Positions 40,318 through 51,900 of a stretch of 64,000 nt of DNA are shown here, piece by piece. The stretch is from positions 1-64,000 of the IMG/VR virus record IMGVR_UViG_3300025853_000044, one strand, 5' to 3'. The stretch's first letter is position 1, and each line of letters begins with the position of its first letter. The stretch is from a virus. A program made the position numbers and the translations under genes. Below the pieces are notes generated by a model. It was given only the letters and a program-made list of their open reading frames with translations. It did not search any database and was not told where the DNA came from.

Positions 40318-40916
40318 GCGACATACTGGCACTGGATATTGAAACTGCGAACTTTTCTCATGAAATAGGTGGGTGGCACAACACTCACTTGTTTGAGCCA
40401 TCGGTGGTCGCTACATGGGACGGGCACGATGGAACGATTTACTGCAACGAGGGATTGGATGTGGACAACAAGGTGAAAGCCTTGCACCCACGCACCCTCG
40501 GTGACGATTTAGCCAACCATGTGGAGAAGGGTGGTAAAATCCTTGGACACAACATAAAGGCATTTGACTTACCAGTGCTGAGGGATGCACTGGATTGCTG
40601 GACAGCCAGCGACTTGATGAAGTCGGATGCTGTCGTTGATACTCGCAACTTGGTACGCAGTGCCGCATTAAGTGTTGGGAGGGTGGATACATCGCTTGGT
40701 ATGCTTACCAAGCACACCTTCAACACCAATAAGTTGATGAACAGTGCGGATGCACCCGTGGCTTGGAGAGAAGGCCGGTATGATGAGGTGGCGAAGTATT
40801 GCTTAAGCGATGCTCAACTTACCTACGACTTGTATCAGTTTGGAAAAGCCGAGGGACATGTCCTCTCAAGGAGCCTTGAGTCGGGAGAAGTTGTAGAAAT
40901 AGAAGTGGAATGGTGA
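40314..40916 (+). CDS. DEDD 3'-5' exonuclease (RNase H-like)
   Basis: LDIET, GHNIKAFD, YCLSD. Confidence 0.85.
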   Translation: MSDILALDIETANFSHEIGGWHNTHLFEPSVVATWDGHDGTIYCNEGLDVDNKVKALHPRTLGDDLANHVEKGGKILGHNIKAFDLPVLRDALDCWTASDLMKSDAVVDTRNLVRSAALSVGRVDTSLGMLTKHTFNTNKLMNSADAPVAWREGRYDEVAKYCLSDAQLTYDLYQFGKAEGHVLSRSLESGEVVEIEVEW

Positions 40917-40921
40917 AGAAC

Positions 40922-42427
40922 ATGACAGAAAAAGATAGCGCAAAAGGCGGAAAAGCACAGATACACAACATTCGGGCGGCGAAGACGGTTGCAGAAACCG
41001 TCAAGACAACGCTTGGCCCGATGGGTATGGACAAAATGATGGTTGATGGTGGCGGTAATGTCATCGTCACGAATGACGGAGCAACAATCCTGCGAGAGTT
41101 GGATGTCTCCCACCCCGGTGGGAAGATGATTGCAGAAGTCGCTCGTACCCAAGAGTCGCTGTGTTACGATGGAACAACAAGTACGGTCGTCCTTTCGGGA
41201 CAACTGCTCGGCAACAGCGAGATGCTGTTTGAGAAGGGGTTGCACCCCAATGTGATTTGCCGTGGTTATCACGAAGCCGCTCAAATGGCGGTGAAGTATC
41301 TCGTTAATGAGGTAGCCCAAGACAGCGATGACCGTGACAGGCTCGTGCATGTAGCCAAGACCGCCATCACTGGTAAGACCCTTGAAACGGCTCTTGATGC
41401 CGTGGCGGAACTGTGCGTGAGCGCAGTGGAGAAGGCTGGCGATGCTGAAAGTGTCAAGGTTGTTTCGTTCCCCGGTGGCTCACTTGAGGACTCATACCTG
41501 TACAACGGTGTGATTGTCAACAAGGACTTCGTGCTTGAAGGTGACAACGATTACCAAAGCATGTTGCTCATCAACACGGGTCTTGAGACTGAGAAGGCTG
41601 AGGACAATGTGCAGGTGCAACTTGATGCTAAGTCGTATCAGTCCTTCAAGGGTGCAAGTAAAGCCGACTTGGTGGCCAGTGCAAAGCACATCGTAGATGC
41701 CATGCCCAAGGGCGGTGTCGTGTTCGTGCGTGATGGTGTGAGCGACATGGTGTGTTCGTACCTCAAGAAGAACGGTATCATGGTCGTGCGTCGTATGCCT
41801 GAATCATCCATGCGTGCCTTGGGTCGCATGTCCGGTCTTGACATCGTGCAGGTGCCCGAAGAGATTGAAGGTGCCGCCGATGTTTCAATTACTCGTGAAA
41901 GAAAAAATGATATTTGGTATTTATTTGTTGGTAGCGAACAAGAGAATGAAGAGGCCACGCTGGTCTTGCACGGTGCTACCTCGCACACGCTGGAAGAAGT
42001 TGAGCGTGGGTTTGATGACGCACTGGGTGTTGTCTCGCTGGTCATGAAGAGTGGGCAGTTCGTCGTTGGTGGAGGCAACGCCTATGTGCGTATGGCCACG
42101 CACCTGCGCCAACATGCCGCCTCAGTGGGTGGACGGGCACAGATGGCCATTGAGTCGTTTGCTGATGCCTTGGAGGTCATTCCTGCCACCATCGCTGAGA
42201 ATGCTGGTCATGACCCACTGGACACGATTCTCGCTATGCGCCACGAAATCCTACAGGGTAGGGTGTCGGTTGGCCCGGATGTCACCGAAGGTGGTGTGCG
42301 GGACTTGCTGGCTGATGGTGTGATTGAACCTGTAGCATTGGTGCGTCAAGCCGTGCTGAGTGCTGGTGAGGTCACTAACGCTATTCTACGCATTGATGAC
42401 ATCGTGGCTCGTCGCCCTACGCAGTGA
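40922..42427 (+). CDS. ths: Group II chaperonin (thermosome subunit)
   Basis: KTTLGPMGMDKM, TNDGATIL, DGTTS, GLHP, GGG, AENAG.D, GVIEP, ILRIDD. Confidence 0.95.
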   Translation: MTEKDSAKGGKAQIHNIRAAKTVAETVKTTLGPMGMDKMMVDGGGNVIVTNDGATILRELDVSHPGGKMIAEVARTQESLCYDGTTSTVVLSGQLLGNSEMLFEKGLHPNVICRGYHEAAQMAVKYLVNEVAQDSDDRDRLVHVAKTAITGKTLETALDAVAELCVSAVEKAGDAESVKVVSFPGGSLEDSYLYNGVIVNKDFVLEGDNDYQSMLLINTGLETEKAEDNVQVQLDAKSYQSFKGASKADLVASAKHIVDAMPKGGVVFVRDGVSDMVCSYLKKNGIMVVRRMPESSMRALGRMSGLDIVQVPEEIEGAADVSITRERKNDIWYLFVGSEQENEEATLVLHGATSHTLEEVERGFDDALGVVSLVMKSGQFVVGGGNAYVRMATHLRQHAASVGGRAQMAIESFADALEVIPATIAENAGHDPLDTILAMRHEILQGRVSVGPDVTEGGVRDLLADGVIEPVALVRQAVLSAGEVTNAILRIDDIVARRPTQ

Positions 42428-42431
42428 TACC

Positions 42432-42656
42432 ATGGGAAAACTGATGGACAAGTTGAGGCAGAAGTGCCCTGTGTGCAAAGCGTATGAGATACCTCGCCGC
42501 CTTCGTGGTCGCTTCATTGACTACGGTAGTGAGCGTGTGTATCTCTTGCACTGTCGCAAGTGTGGCTTCTTTTGGCTTGACCCATCAGTGAAGAAACTCA
42601 AGCCGTATCGTTTGAAGGGTATTTATTTGCACCCGTCAATGGACGAAGAGGAGTAA
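42432..42656 (+). CDS. Small Zn-ribbon protein
   Basis: CPVC...CRKC; ATG at 42432. Confidence 0.65.
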   Translation: MGKLMDKLRQKCPVCKAYEIPRRLRGRFIDYGSERVYLLHCRKCGFFWLDPSVKKLKPYRLKGIYLHPSMDEEE

Positions 42657-43847
42657 TCACTGCAACCGCACAAAAGTCGGGTCGGTGGCGTGGCTCACCG
42701 TACATACAAAGCGTGCATACCCACCGTCAGCGTCAGCGGTATCACCAATGGCTGATGTGGTAGAGTTGGTCAGTGCGAAGGTGCCGGTATTTGAACCATG
42801 AGTGTTTTTTATCTCAATGATGTAACCAGCAGGGAATGGGCCACTTGTAGTAACTGCAAACGACCCACCGGGTGTTAGCACGAGGATGTTTGCATCAGCC
42901 GAGGTGATGTCAATGCTCGTGGCTGTGCTGGTCAACACACGGTCAAACACGGAACGGGTAAAGCGGGCGGCGTGGGTGCCGCTGTAGTACAGTACATCTT
43001 TCGCACTATCGCCAGCAGTTGTGCTTCCAATTTGAGAGCCGAATGATTGCCACAACGCACCAAAGCGGCTTGCGGTGAAATTACCTGTATCTTGGTTGTA
43101 AGCATCAAGTTCAGTGTGTATGTCCACAGGGGTTGTAGCACCTACGGCCCCACTGGTCACTGGTGAAAGGTACATTGGGGTAGGGCGCACAAACACTCGC
43201 TTGTCATTGCTTTCACTGATGGACAACTTAAGGTCGCCACCCGATGCAGAATAAACAACACGAAGAACTGCAAGCACAACACTTTGCTTTACATCAAGAC
43301 TTGCTAAAGGAGTGCTAAGAAATGCCGAAGGTGTAGTGGGATAGGTGTTAGATGATGTAGCCACAGGTGTGCCCAATTCCCATGTGATGCACTCTTCCGC
43401 AGTGTTGGTGCTTACATACACGACAATCAAGGCTTCCTGTCCACTGGTCAGTGCACTGTAATTTGAAGTGCTGGTATGGCTCCCTTGACGAGCATGATGG
43501 CTACTTGTTTGCAACTCCACATCTTGGGAAGAACCCGGCCCACCTGCAAACTTGTACAACACTCCATCAAGCACTGCGTGACCACCCGCTACCCGCACAG
43601 TGTATGTGTTCGTGACTTGTTCACAAACACCCGGTAGGTCTTCGGGATTATCACGAATGCTTGCCGTACCTGCTGTGTCTTCTTCAAGGATGATACCGTT
43701 CCCATGCACACCCTCAAGCATGTTTGTGAGGGAGGGGCTGGTGATATGTTCACCGTCTTCTAAACTGTCTGTAAAGACCCCGCTACCAGTCATTGCTGAT
43801 GCGTGGTTTGCCGCTGTATGTCCCGATAATGGATTGCCTGTCATCAT
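42657..43847 (-). CDS. Putative virion structural (tail) protein
   Basis: Ser/Thr/Gly-rich beta composition; last gene of the leftward operon. Confidence 0.6.
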   Translation of the reverse strand: MMTGNPLSGHTAANHASAMTGSGVFTDSLEDGEHITSPSLTNMLEGVHGNGIILEEDTAGTASIRDNPEDLPGVCEQVTNTYTVRVAGGHAVLDGVLYKFAGGPGSSQDVELQTSSHHARQGSHTSTSNYSALTSGQEALIVVYVSTNTAEECITWELGTPVATSSNTYPTTPSAFLSTPLASLDVKQSVVLAVLRVVYSASGGDLKLSISESNDKRVFVRPTPMYLSPVTSGAVGATTPVDIHTELDAYNQDTGNFTASRFGALWQSFGSQIGSTTAGDSAKDVLYYSGTHAARFTRSVFDRVLTSTATSIDITSADANILVLTPGGSFAVTTSGPFPAGYIIEIKNTHGSNTGTFALTNSTTSAIGDTADADGGYARFVCTVSHATDPTFVRLQ

Positions 43848-44188
43848 GCCACCTCAATTGCGATTTGGATTTTTAATTCATTTGCTGATGATTTAGTTAT
43901 AGGGGAAATTGTGTACCGAGCCACGGGCGTGAAATCGCTTGTATCACGGAACTGGATGTACACCTCCTTTATTTGGTCAGCAAATGTAGTGTCATAGGGT
44001 AGTTTGGCCTCAACGAGTAGAGAGGTGTCGTCCACGATGGTGATGGTGGGGGTAAGGGTGATAGCAGGGCGACCCGCCGAGCCATCGTCAGTGGTGGCTG
44101 GTGTGCCGTCAAAGCCCAAAATCACCTCGTTGATGTTGCTGGCGAGTGTGTCAAGCAACAACCTTCGCATGTAATCGCTAATCGGCAT
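43844..44188 (-). CDS. Putative tail/baseplate protein
   Basis: Coupled ORF; IKEV...ARY..PITKS pattern as in baseplate/tail-collar proteins. Confidence 0.5.
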   Translation of the reverse strand: MPISDYMRRLLLDTLASNINEVILGFDGTPATTDDGSAGRPAITLTPTITIVDDTSLLVEAKLPYDTTFADQIKEVYIQFRDTSDFTPVARYTISPITKSSANELKIQIAIEVA

Positions 44189-45593
44189 AGATGTTCCTCC
44201 TTTCCACTGTCTTGTTTACTCCAATAGGCAAGCCATTTCCGCCTATCAGTCCACGATTATGTGTTCCCTTCACACCACCGATAAGGTATGCTGTGTTAAA
44301 TACTCCTCTTTCCTTAACGACCGATACGATACGCAACTCCACCTTGCCAAACAAGGCCAAGTTCTGTTCCACCACCTGCACATAGGTGGCGGGGTTGCTG
44401 TCGTTTGCGCCCACGCTACTGCCCTCGGCCACGCCCTGTAGGATGCCCTCAATACCCGTATCTAAGTTCATCATTGTGAGGTCGCTCATGTTCTTCATTG
44501 GCATGTGTTTAACCTCAGTAACTACTTTGTTACCACCGTCATACTTGACAGTCATACCGGGACGCAGATTGAGTAGGTTGAGGTGGCCAGCACTGGATAT
44601 AGAGCCACGGATGAGCGAGCGTGATTTGAGTACCTGCCGTGCTACACGACGGGCGGCGTTGGTGGTGCGGGCGGTGTTGTCCACGATAGGTGCGCTGTCC
44701 TCTCGCACTTCCTCTACCTGTCCTTCTACATCGTCCACCGTGACAATCACCAAGTCATTGAGAGCCAACGGCTGGCCTTGCACAGTGACACGGTTAGCGA
44801 TGTTCTCAATCGGGTTATCGGTCTTGGCACCGAATCGCAGGTTCTTGTCCACGAACACGCTTGCCTCGCTGAATGTGATGGGAATGTACAACAGGTTGCC
44901 GAAGCGGTCAAGCAGGAGCATACGGCTGTCGTGACGGCCAAGGAAGCGCAGAGCGGTCATGAGGTTCATGTTGTTGAAGTCTTGACCCACGAAGCGTGTG
45001 CTATGCTTGCGTGCTGATGATGCGGTGACATTCTGTGGGCGTGAGATGTTCACGCTGGTTGCACCGCTGTTGATGGACTCACCAAGGCGCACAGCCAAGT
45101 CTGTGGTACGCAGGCCCACATCCACAGGCTGGCCGAGTTTGACAGTGCGACCAGTGAACCCGATACCATCCAGCGTCTTACCCTTCATGTTGCGTAGGTT
45201 TACCAACACACCAAACGATGATGATTCAACCGTGTGCGGCAACAGGCGTTGCGCTGATGCGTCAGCGTTGTAGATGAGCATGGGGCTGTTGGTGCTGGAA
45301 ATTAAATCATCAGCAAAGAAAGGGGCAGTATTGAGTGAATGACCGGGGGTATTGTTATGCGACAACTGGATGTACGATTCACCCTCAAGGATGCGGTAAT
45401 TGCGTTGCGGCATCACTTGTAAATTACGAGTGTTTTTCTTTTCTACCGTGACCTTAGCCTTGTTTGCCTTCTGCACGCTGATGCGACCGTGATGAATGGC
45501 GTTGTCCACGAACACGGGCTTACGCACATGCGTCATGACCTCATCTGCATCAGTGCTGTACCGACCAGTCCTTGTGTTCTTGAGGACGGTCAT
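44178..45593 (-). CDS. Putative tail hub-like protein
   Basis: ANRVTVQG, ARRVARQVL, LRPGMTV motifs as in phage tail hubs. Confidence 0.5.
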   Translation of the reverse strand: MTVLKNTRTGRYSTDADEVMTHVRKPVFVDNAIHHGRISVQKANKAKVTVEKKNTRNLQVMPQRNYRILEGESYIQLSHNNTPGHSLNTAPFFADDLISSTNSPMLIYNADASAQRLLPHTVESSSFGVLVNLRNMKGKTLDGIGFTGRTVKLGQPVDVGLRTTDLAVRLGESINSGATSVNISRPQNVTASSARKHSTRFVGQDFNNMNLMTALRFLGRHDSRMLLLDRFGNLLYIPITFSEASVFVDKNLRFGAKTDNPIENIANRVTVQGQPLALNDLVIVTVDDVEGQVEEVREDSAPIVDNTARTTNAARRVARQVLKSRSLIRGSISSAGHLNLLNLRPGMTVKYDGGNKVVTEVKHMPMKNMSDLTMMNLDTGIEGILQGVAEGSSVGANDSNPATYVQVVEQNLALFGKVELRIVSVVKERGVFNTAYLIGGVKGTHNRGLIGGNGLPIGVNKTVERRNIYAD

Positions 45594-45602
45594 GGCTTAA
45601 CC

Positions 45603-45938
45603 TCAGCAGTTCCATCGCTTCAAGGATGCTCCCTTTGGTGTGAGTTTACCACCTTTACTGGTCGGGCCTTTGACACCCGACATGCGAGCGCAAAACGATT
45701 TACGACGCTTTGCCTTCTTTGAGCCGGGTTTGAGTTTGCTTGGTTTGGTTGTCACGGGAGGTTTGAGGTTTGCACCACTCTTACGCTTGGCGGCGGCACG
45801 ACCTTTAGCGTTCAGTCCACCTTTCTTACTGTGCTTATTTGGGTTATAACCATGAAATGGCTTACTTTTTTTGGCCTTCATTACAGCAAAGGCTAATTCA
45901 GCAGGCGAACAACAATCACAAAAATCGTAATCCATCAC
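45603..45938 (-). CDS. Small very basic phage protein (DUF6321-like)
   Basis: GGLNAKGRA, NLKPPV, RRKSFCARMSG, SLKRWNC. Confidence 0.65.
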   Translation of the reverse strand: MMDYDFCDCCSPAELAFAVMKAKKSKPFHGYNPNKHSKKGGLNAKGRAAAKRKSGANLKPPVTTKPSKLKPGSKKAKRRKSFCARMSGVKGPTSKGGKLTPKGASLKRWNC

Positions 45939-48900
45939 GAAGCATCACCACTATGGTCATTTGAATTGTAGGAGACATCTCCTTTATGTCCTTTGGGATG
46001 CAGGGATTGGGAGAAACGAGGCTGGACGGTGTAATCCATGCGCTCTTCCTTGCTCTCGCCCTCTTGATGGGTGCGGCGGCGAGCGGCATCTGCACGGTAG
46101 TGTTGCAGGGTGTTTTCACTCATCACGACACGAGTAATCTCGTTGTCCAATAACGATGAATCAAAGCCCGTGGCGGCGGTGCCGATGATTTTCGGGCCTT
46201 GACTCATTGGCACAGTGTCACTTGTACTGATGTCCATGTAGTATGCGGGCGCATAAGGTGGGTTGGTGTCGGGGTTGGTGCTACGAATGTAGGAGCCTGC
46301 CGATGCTTGACCGTTGGTTGTCTCGTACACATATAGCCCGTACTTACCACCAGCGGTGGCACCGAAGTAGTTGCTACCATACTGTGGGCTTGATGAGTGC
46401 AAGTTGAGGTTGGAGCGGAACATCTCGGCATGTTGTTTGTCCAGTAAACGAACTGGGCGCAACATGTAGGAAATGCGCTTGTCGGTGAGGTTGGTACGCT
46501 GGTGCCCGTTGGTGTCGGTTTGATATGGGTTGCTGGACTTCCATTGTGAAACATTGTTTGTGAATCCGTATTTTTCCGCAAGGTAGCCTTCTACTTGTTG
46601 TCTTTCTGTTGTACTCATAGCCCGATTATACTGAATGATTTCTGCAATTTTACCTTTTAATTCAAACGAACCTACATGGCCGATACCATATGGGTCTTCA
46701 TCAGCCACATACCAAGCACCAGTGCTACTTCCTACACTAACACCTTGTAAAAATAGTTCAAAGTTAGCGTTGCTACCTGCGCCATCTCCACCTGCTATGG
46801 TTCCAGTAACCAATTCTGCTTGATTAACGACTACAGCATTACTTGGGGAGTTTACAACAGTGTAAGTAGTGTCAGCACCACCTCTCCACTGCCACTTGTC
46901 GCTTGAATCCCACCGAATAAACAACGAATGACCAGCACGGGTTACTGGGCTGTTTGCGAATGTTTCCAAAACCCCTTGAGCATTTCCATCGTCGTCATCC
47001 GACCAAGCAACGACAAAGAGTGTTACATCGGTAGTGTTTAAGCGAGCATCAAATGGTGTACTCATAATGTCTGTTCCATCACAATCTACAACTGGCATGT
47101 TGTTCACATTGGATGATGACGCAATATAGACTGGTTGTTTGGATGCAGTAGATTGTGTGAACTCAAAGCCATGCGGCCCGCTGTCTTTCCATGATGTTAC
47201 AGCCGCCCCGTCTGCCAAATCAAGGCTATCGGCTTTGAGCCACAACGCCATGCCGGATGTGGGAATGCCGCCCCATTCAGTATCGTCAATAGGTGATACG
47301 AAGTTGCGGGCTTCTGCAATGTAGGTACCGCCGAGTGGGTTGAAGTTGGAGGTATGGGAGAGTCGCATAGCACCACCCTGCGGCTGGCCGCTGAAGTCAA
47401 GGGCGGTGAGGTCGTAATGGCCAATCGTCTGCGAGCCTGCTTGCATACCACCATGCACGATAACACGCTGGCCTACACCACGGTCGGAGTGTAGGCTGTG
47501 AGCCTCGGTGTTGATGGCAATGAGGTTATCATCCACACCCTCTACATTCTCAGTGTCAAGTCCAATGCGGGGTGCACTGCGGCTTACAGCGTCTTTGTGT
47601 GGAGAGTCACCGCTCACGGTTTCTACACGGTCGCTTACCACGGCTTCCGGCTTGAGCAAGCCGTCTTCTGCGATGTCAAGGCGTGCGCTGATACCACGAG
47701 GCACCTCGTCAGCCTGCAACACATCGTTGCGAGCACGGATGTAGCCGTCGTTCATGTTCGGCTCAGCGGTGTGATGAGACAACACAACACCCGATGCGTG
47801 ATACGGCTCGTCAAGGGCTGTCAACACATCCTCGTTAAAGGCAGTAGGGTATCGCAAACCACGCCCGTGCCCGTCGTCGCCAACACGGTGAGCGTTGGTG
47901 GGGAAGTACACATCCACAAGTTCAGTAGCGTCGTTAGAGTTTACATTGTTAAGCCGTCCAGCAAAGCGTGGTATAGTAAAGCCCGTCGTGACACTGATGT
48001 TGCCCGAAGCATCTATCAACGCTTTCGTATTCATGATTGGGAAGCCACCGTTGTAGATTCTGTCAAACGGTGTTTTGTTGCCGGTGCGGTCATATTCGTA
48101 CACATCACCAGCATCCCACGCAGGGCGAATACCGAAACCACGAACAGGGTGACGGCGTACTTCTTCACCACGGGTGTTACCCCACCAGTCCACCAAATAG
48201 TACGCTACAGCCTCATCCAACTTGTAGATGCCCTTTCCTTCTCCATCTCCCCACCAATCTCGTAGCACGCCGCTTGCGTTGCGTAGTGTGCGTACAGGAC
48301 AACCGAAAGCACGAGCCATACGCATTCCATCACTGTAGCGCACCTGCCATTCGGGTTTATCCACACCGAGCATACCGGAGAAGTTGGTCTGCCGTTCCAT
48401 AATACCGAGTTGAGTGTTGGGGTATGTGCCATTGGAAAGACCGCTACCACCTGCGTATGTCCATGTTTCAGTCTCGCCTTGCACAAGTGGGCCGTGTGGA
48501 TAACCCACGCTGGTGTTTGTCCCAGTTACAGCGGCTTCTCGGAATGCACGCATACCATACAACGACCATTGTGGTTTGTTGTAGGGTTGGCGTAGGCCAA
48601 TACGATAACCGAATGGTCGGGTGCGTGTTTGTACAGGAGTGAATGTGAGCGTGCCATTCGTCACAGACCCACCCGTGGTGGACGCACTCAACTCAAAGGT
48701 CGTAGCGTTGGTGATGGATGAAACCGTGGCACTTCCCGGTATGCCTGTGCCACTTACTCCCATACCGACTACAAGTTTTGCCGTAGAATCCATGGTGATG
48801 GTCGGGTCATTGTTGTAGTCGCATGTTGCATCGGTAAACGCATCGTATGTGGATTTGACCACACCGTTGGTGACAACATACGAACCGTCATCGTCTTGGT

Positions 48901-51900
48901 CAGCCCACACCGGGCCGTCAAAGGTGTATTCTCGTGGGAAGTCCCATGAGGTAGAAACATACCCATACCCGTCAAGTCGGCTGATGAGTGGGCCACCACG
49001 ACTACCACACGGCCAGTAGTGGTTGAGATTGGTTTTGGTTGCGGCATCGGAAGCATCGGCCTGCCCACCCTGTGGGTCAAAGTTACCAGCAATTATCGGA
49101 CTACCAAAGGTGGTGTCAAGTACATCGGCTGTTAGCATACTTCCGATAGCGTGTGCCATTATGGTAGAACCAATTGGTATGGTAGCGACTATTGGTTCAA
49201 TAACAGGCATAACACCAAGTACATGATTGTCAAATACACTACCACCGTCGTCTTGTACCGTGTAAGCGATACCATCAATCATTATTTTTGTTCCACCGAC
49301 AAGTTTTGCAGTTCTGCGAGTTGTGGTGATGAGTTTATTGGGAATATCTACCGATACTACAGTAGATGGCACATTAGTTCCAACTGAGGCGTGAGCAATG
49401 ATTTCGTATGGAGGGGCCGGCGTTTTGCGGTCAAACGCAAACGGGCCGAGGCTGGCGTAGTATGCCGCATCATGGTAGTGTACAGTCTCAAAGTGTTCGG
49501 GCATACTGTTCAATGGTTTTTGGGCAACAGCACGGTCAGTCAACGGGTTGAGCCATGTACGGCTGGAATCCGAGTAGAAGGTGTGTGGTCGGCCAAGGTT
49601 GGGGTGCCATAGACACAGGAAGGCATCGGCCACATGTAGGCTGTTGGTATCTCGGCTACCCTGTAGCATCTGCGGTAAAATGCGTGTCACCATGCTGGTC
49701 TTGGAGTCTGTAAAGATGGCACCAGCAGGGCGGAAGTCGTAGGCACGGGTAAGGCGCAATTTTGTGCCAGCGGTCAGATTGCTGGTGAAAGAAGACTTGG
49801 CTGTGATGGTAAACTGCTTTGGTTTGTTCATGTTGCTTGAATCGTACCCGCTACGCTCAGTGTAAGTGTGTGTGCGTCGTACACCGTTTACATCCGTGTA
49901 TTCCAACTTGTTGCCGTAATACGGTTTCTGTGGGAAGCCACGAGCATCATCAACAGTGATTTGAGTTGTAGAATCAACGCTTACTACAGTACACACAGGA
50001 TTGAGGCTGATGTTTTCAAGCACCTCGTGGTAGATGTCGGGGTAAATGCTTGGATAACCTGCGAGTGTGATTTGACACGCTATGCTTCCTGTGCTTGCAC
50101 GAAGGAACTCGTAGTAGTTGTCAAGTCGGTGATGGTTGAGATGGCGGAACCCTGTAGCGTCAGCGTGGTCGGGGCCGTCTTTATGGACAATACTCCACCA
50201 TGGTATGTTGGTCGTCATACCCGGTGTAGCGTTATCAAACATTTGTGGTTGATATGGAAGTGAACGCTTGACAAAGGCGGGGCTTTCGGTTGCCTGTACA
50301 CCCAATGCGTTGTACAGCATCAACGGTGGGATGTTGGTGAATTGGCTACCGTGGTCGGGGTCATGGTCAAGAATCAACTCATTGACAAACACCTCACAGC
50401 CTCGTACATCGGCCATCGTAGCCTCAGCCAACACAAGACCAACAGCACCCGTGGCACTGTCGGGTTCTCGTAGGCCAATAACCAGTGCAACCTGCTGGCT
50501 GGTCAATTCATTAACCGAACCATCGGGTAGTGCTGTTGCTCCACCATTGGCGTGATAACCCATGAGTTGTGATTTGTGGATGTTAGGTTGAATGACGATT
50601 TGGTATGCTCCCACTTCACTTGGGTCGGGGAAGTGATGACGCAGGGTGTAGGTAGCGGCGGCTTCCAACACGATGGTGTGTCCACCAGCGGCATTGATGA
50701 CACCAGCCTGTCCTTCGGATGCCAGCACACCGTATCCGTCGCTACGAATCTTGGACTCAAACATCAGCGTGAAAGCCCCACCGTGTATGTCGCTTGGCCC
50801 ACTGGGTGTGGCCGTGAGCGCACCGAAAGTATGCAGGGTATCGTAACCGTGTAAATTGTTTGTGAGTGTTGTTGAGATGTCAGTCTTCAAATTGCTCATG
50901 GTTTGCTCTTCCATCAACAAGGTTTCGTGCGGTTTAACCGTAGCAGAACGGATTGCTCGGTGTTTGTTGTACAACCCTTGGTATGCAGGATGAGCGAAAT
51001 GGCCGGGGAGCATGGCCATTGTAGGGTTGACAAAGTGATGCCCCATTCTTGGTAATGCCATTGGTGTCATTTTCGGCCTTGAATAAACCGTATGACACAA
51101 CAAAGCGTTGAGGGTTAATCCTGTGATATAGGTGCTGTGTACAATGTCGGGACTGTTGCCACTCACTTCCGCATGGTCACGCAAGCGGCGTGATGCAAAG
51201 AAGCGAGTGCTACCAGCAGGGATGTAATACGAAGGTACGACCTTGAGCGTTGTGATAGATGACTTGACCAATTCGGCAAAGTCGGCATCACCTACACAAC
51301 CTGTGAAAGTAGAACTGCTGATACCCGTGAACGATGCAACTCCACCTTTATCGGTTGTGGGGTCATACAACCGTAGGAATTTGCGGCCATCACGAATAGA
51401 TTCGTTAAACAGCGAAGCGTTAGGAGCAGTGTTGACAGTGAGAGTGGTGCCGCTAAACGATACAGCCGTCAATTCAGCGTTGACTACACCACCCGCATGT
51501 GTGTAGAAAGTTGGGTGGCGGTGGCTGTGCGTGTTGCCGTTCTTCGTGATGTGGAAGAACAGTGTGCGGTCGTGCAATTCGTAGGATGTTTCAAGTGGTG
51601 CGTTGCCCGTGGCTGTTTCCCATCCTGCGTATGTCGGGTCGGGGAACGAACCTTGGCTGATGTGTTCCCAGTTGTGGTCGCTGAATGTACCACCAAGGCG
51701 TGGCCCCTTTGTATCATCAGTAAACAAATGCTTGATGCTACTGCTTGACATTGGGCGCATCATACCGCCAGTGCCCATGCTTTCGTTTTGGTAGGCTTGC
51801 AGGCGGTCAAATCCAGCACGAATGAGAAGGTTGCCGGGGATGCTATCGGGATGGGGCAGACGCACTTTGAGGTTAGGCTCTACACCACTACCTGCGGTTG

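Noticed and set aside
45301-45322. Tenth promoter copy (ATTAAATCATCAGCAAAGAAAG)
   Set aside because: It has a 3-nt insertion and a poor TATA, lies antisense inside a structural gene and has no credible downstream ORF; probably chance.
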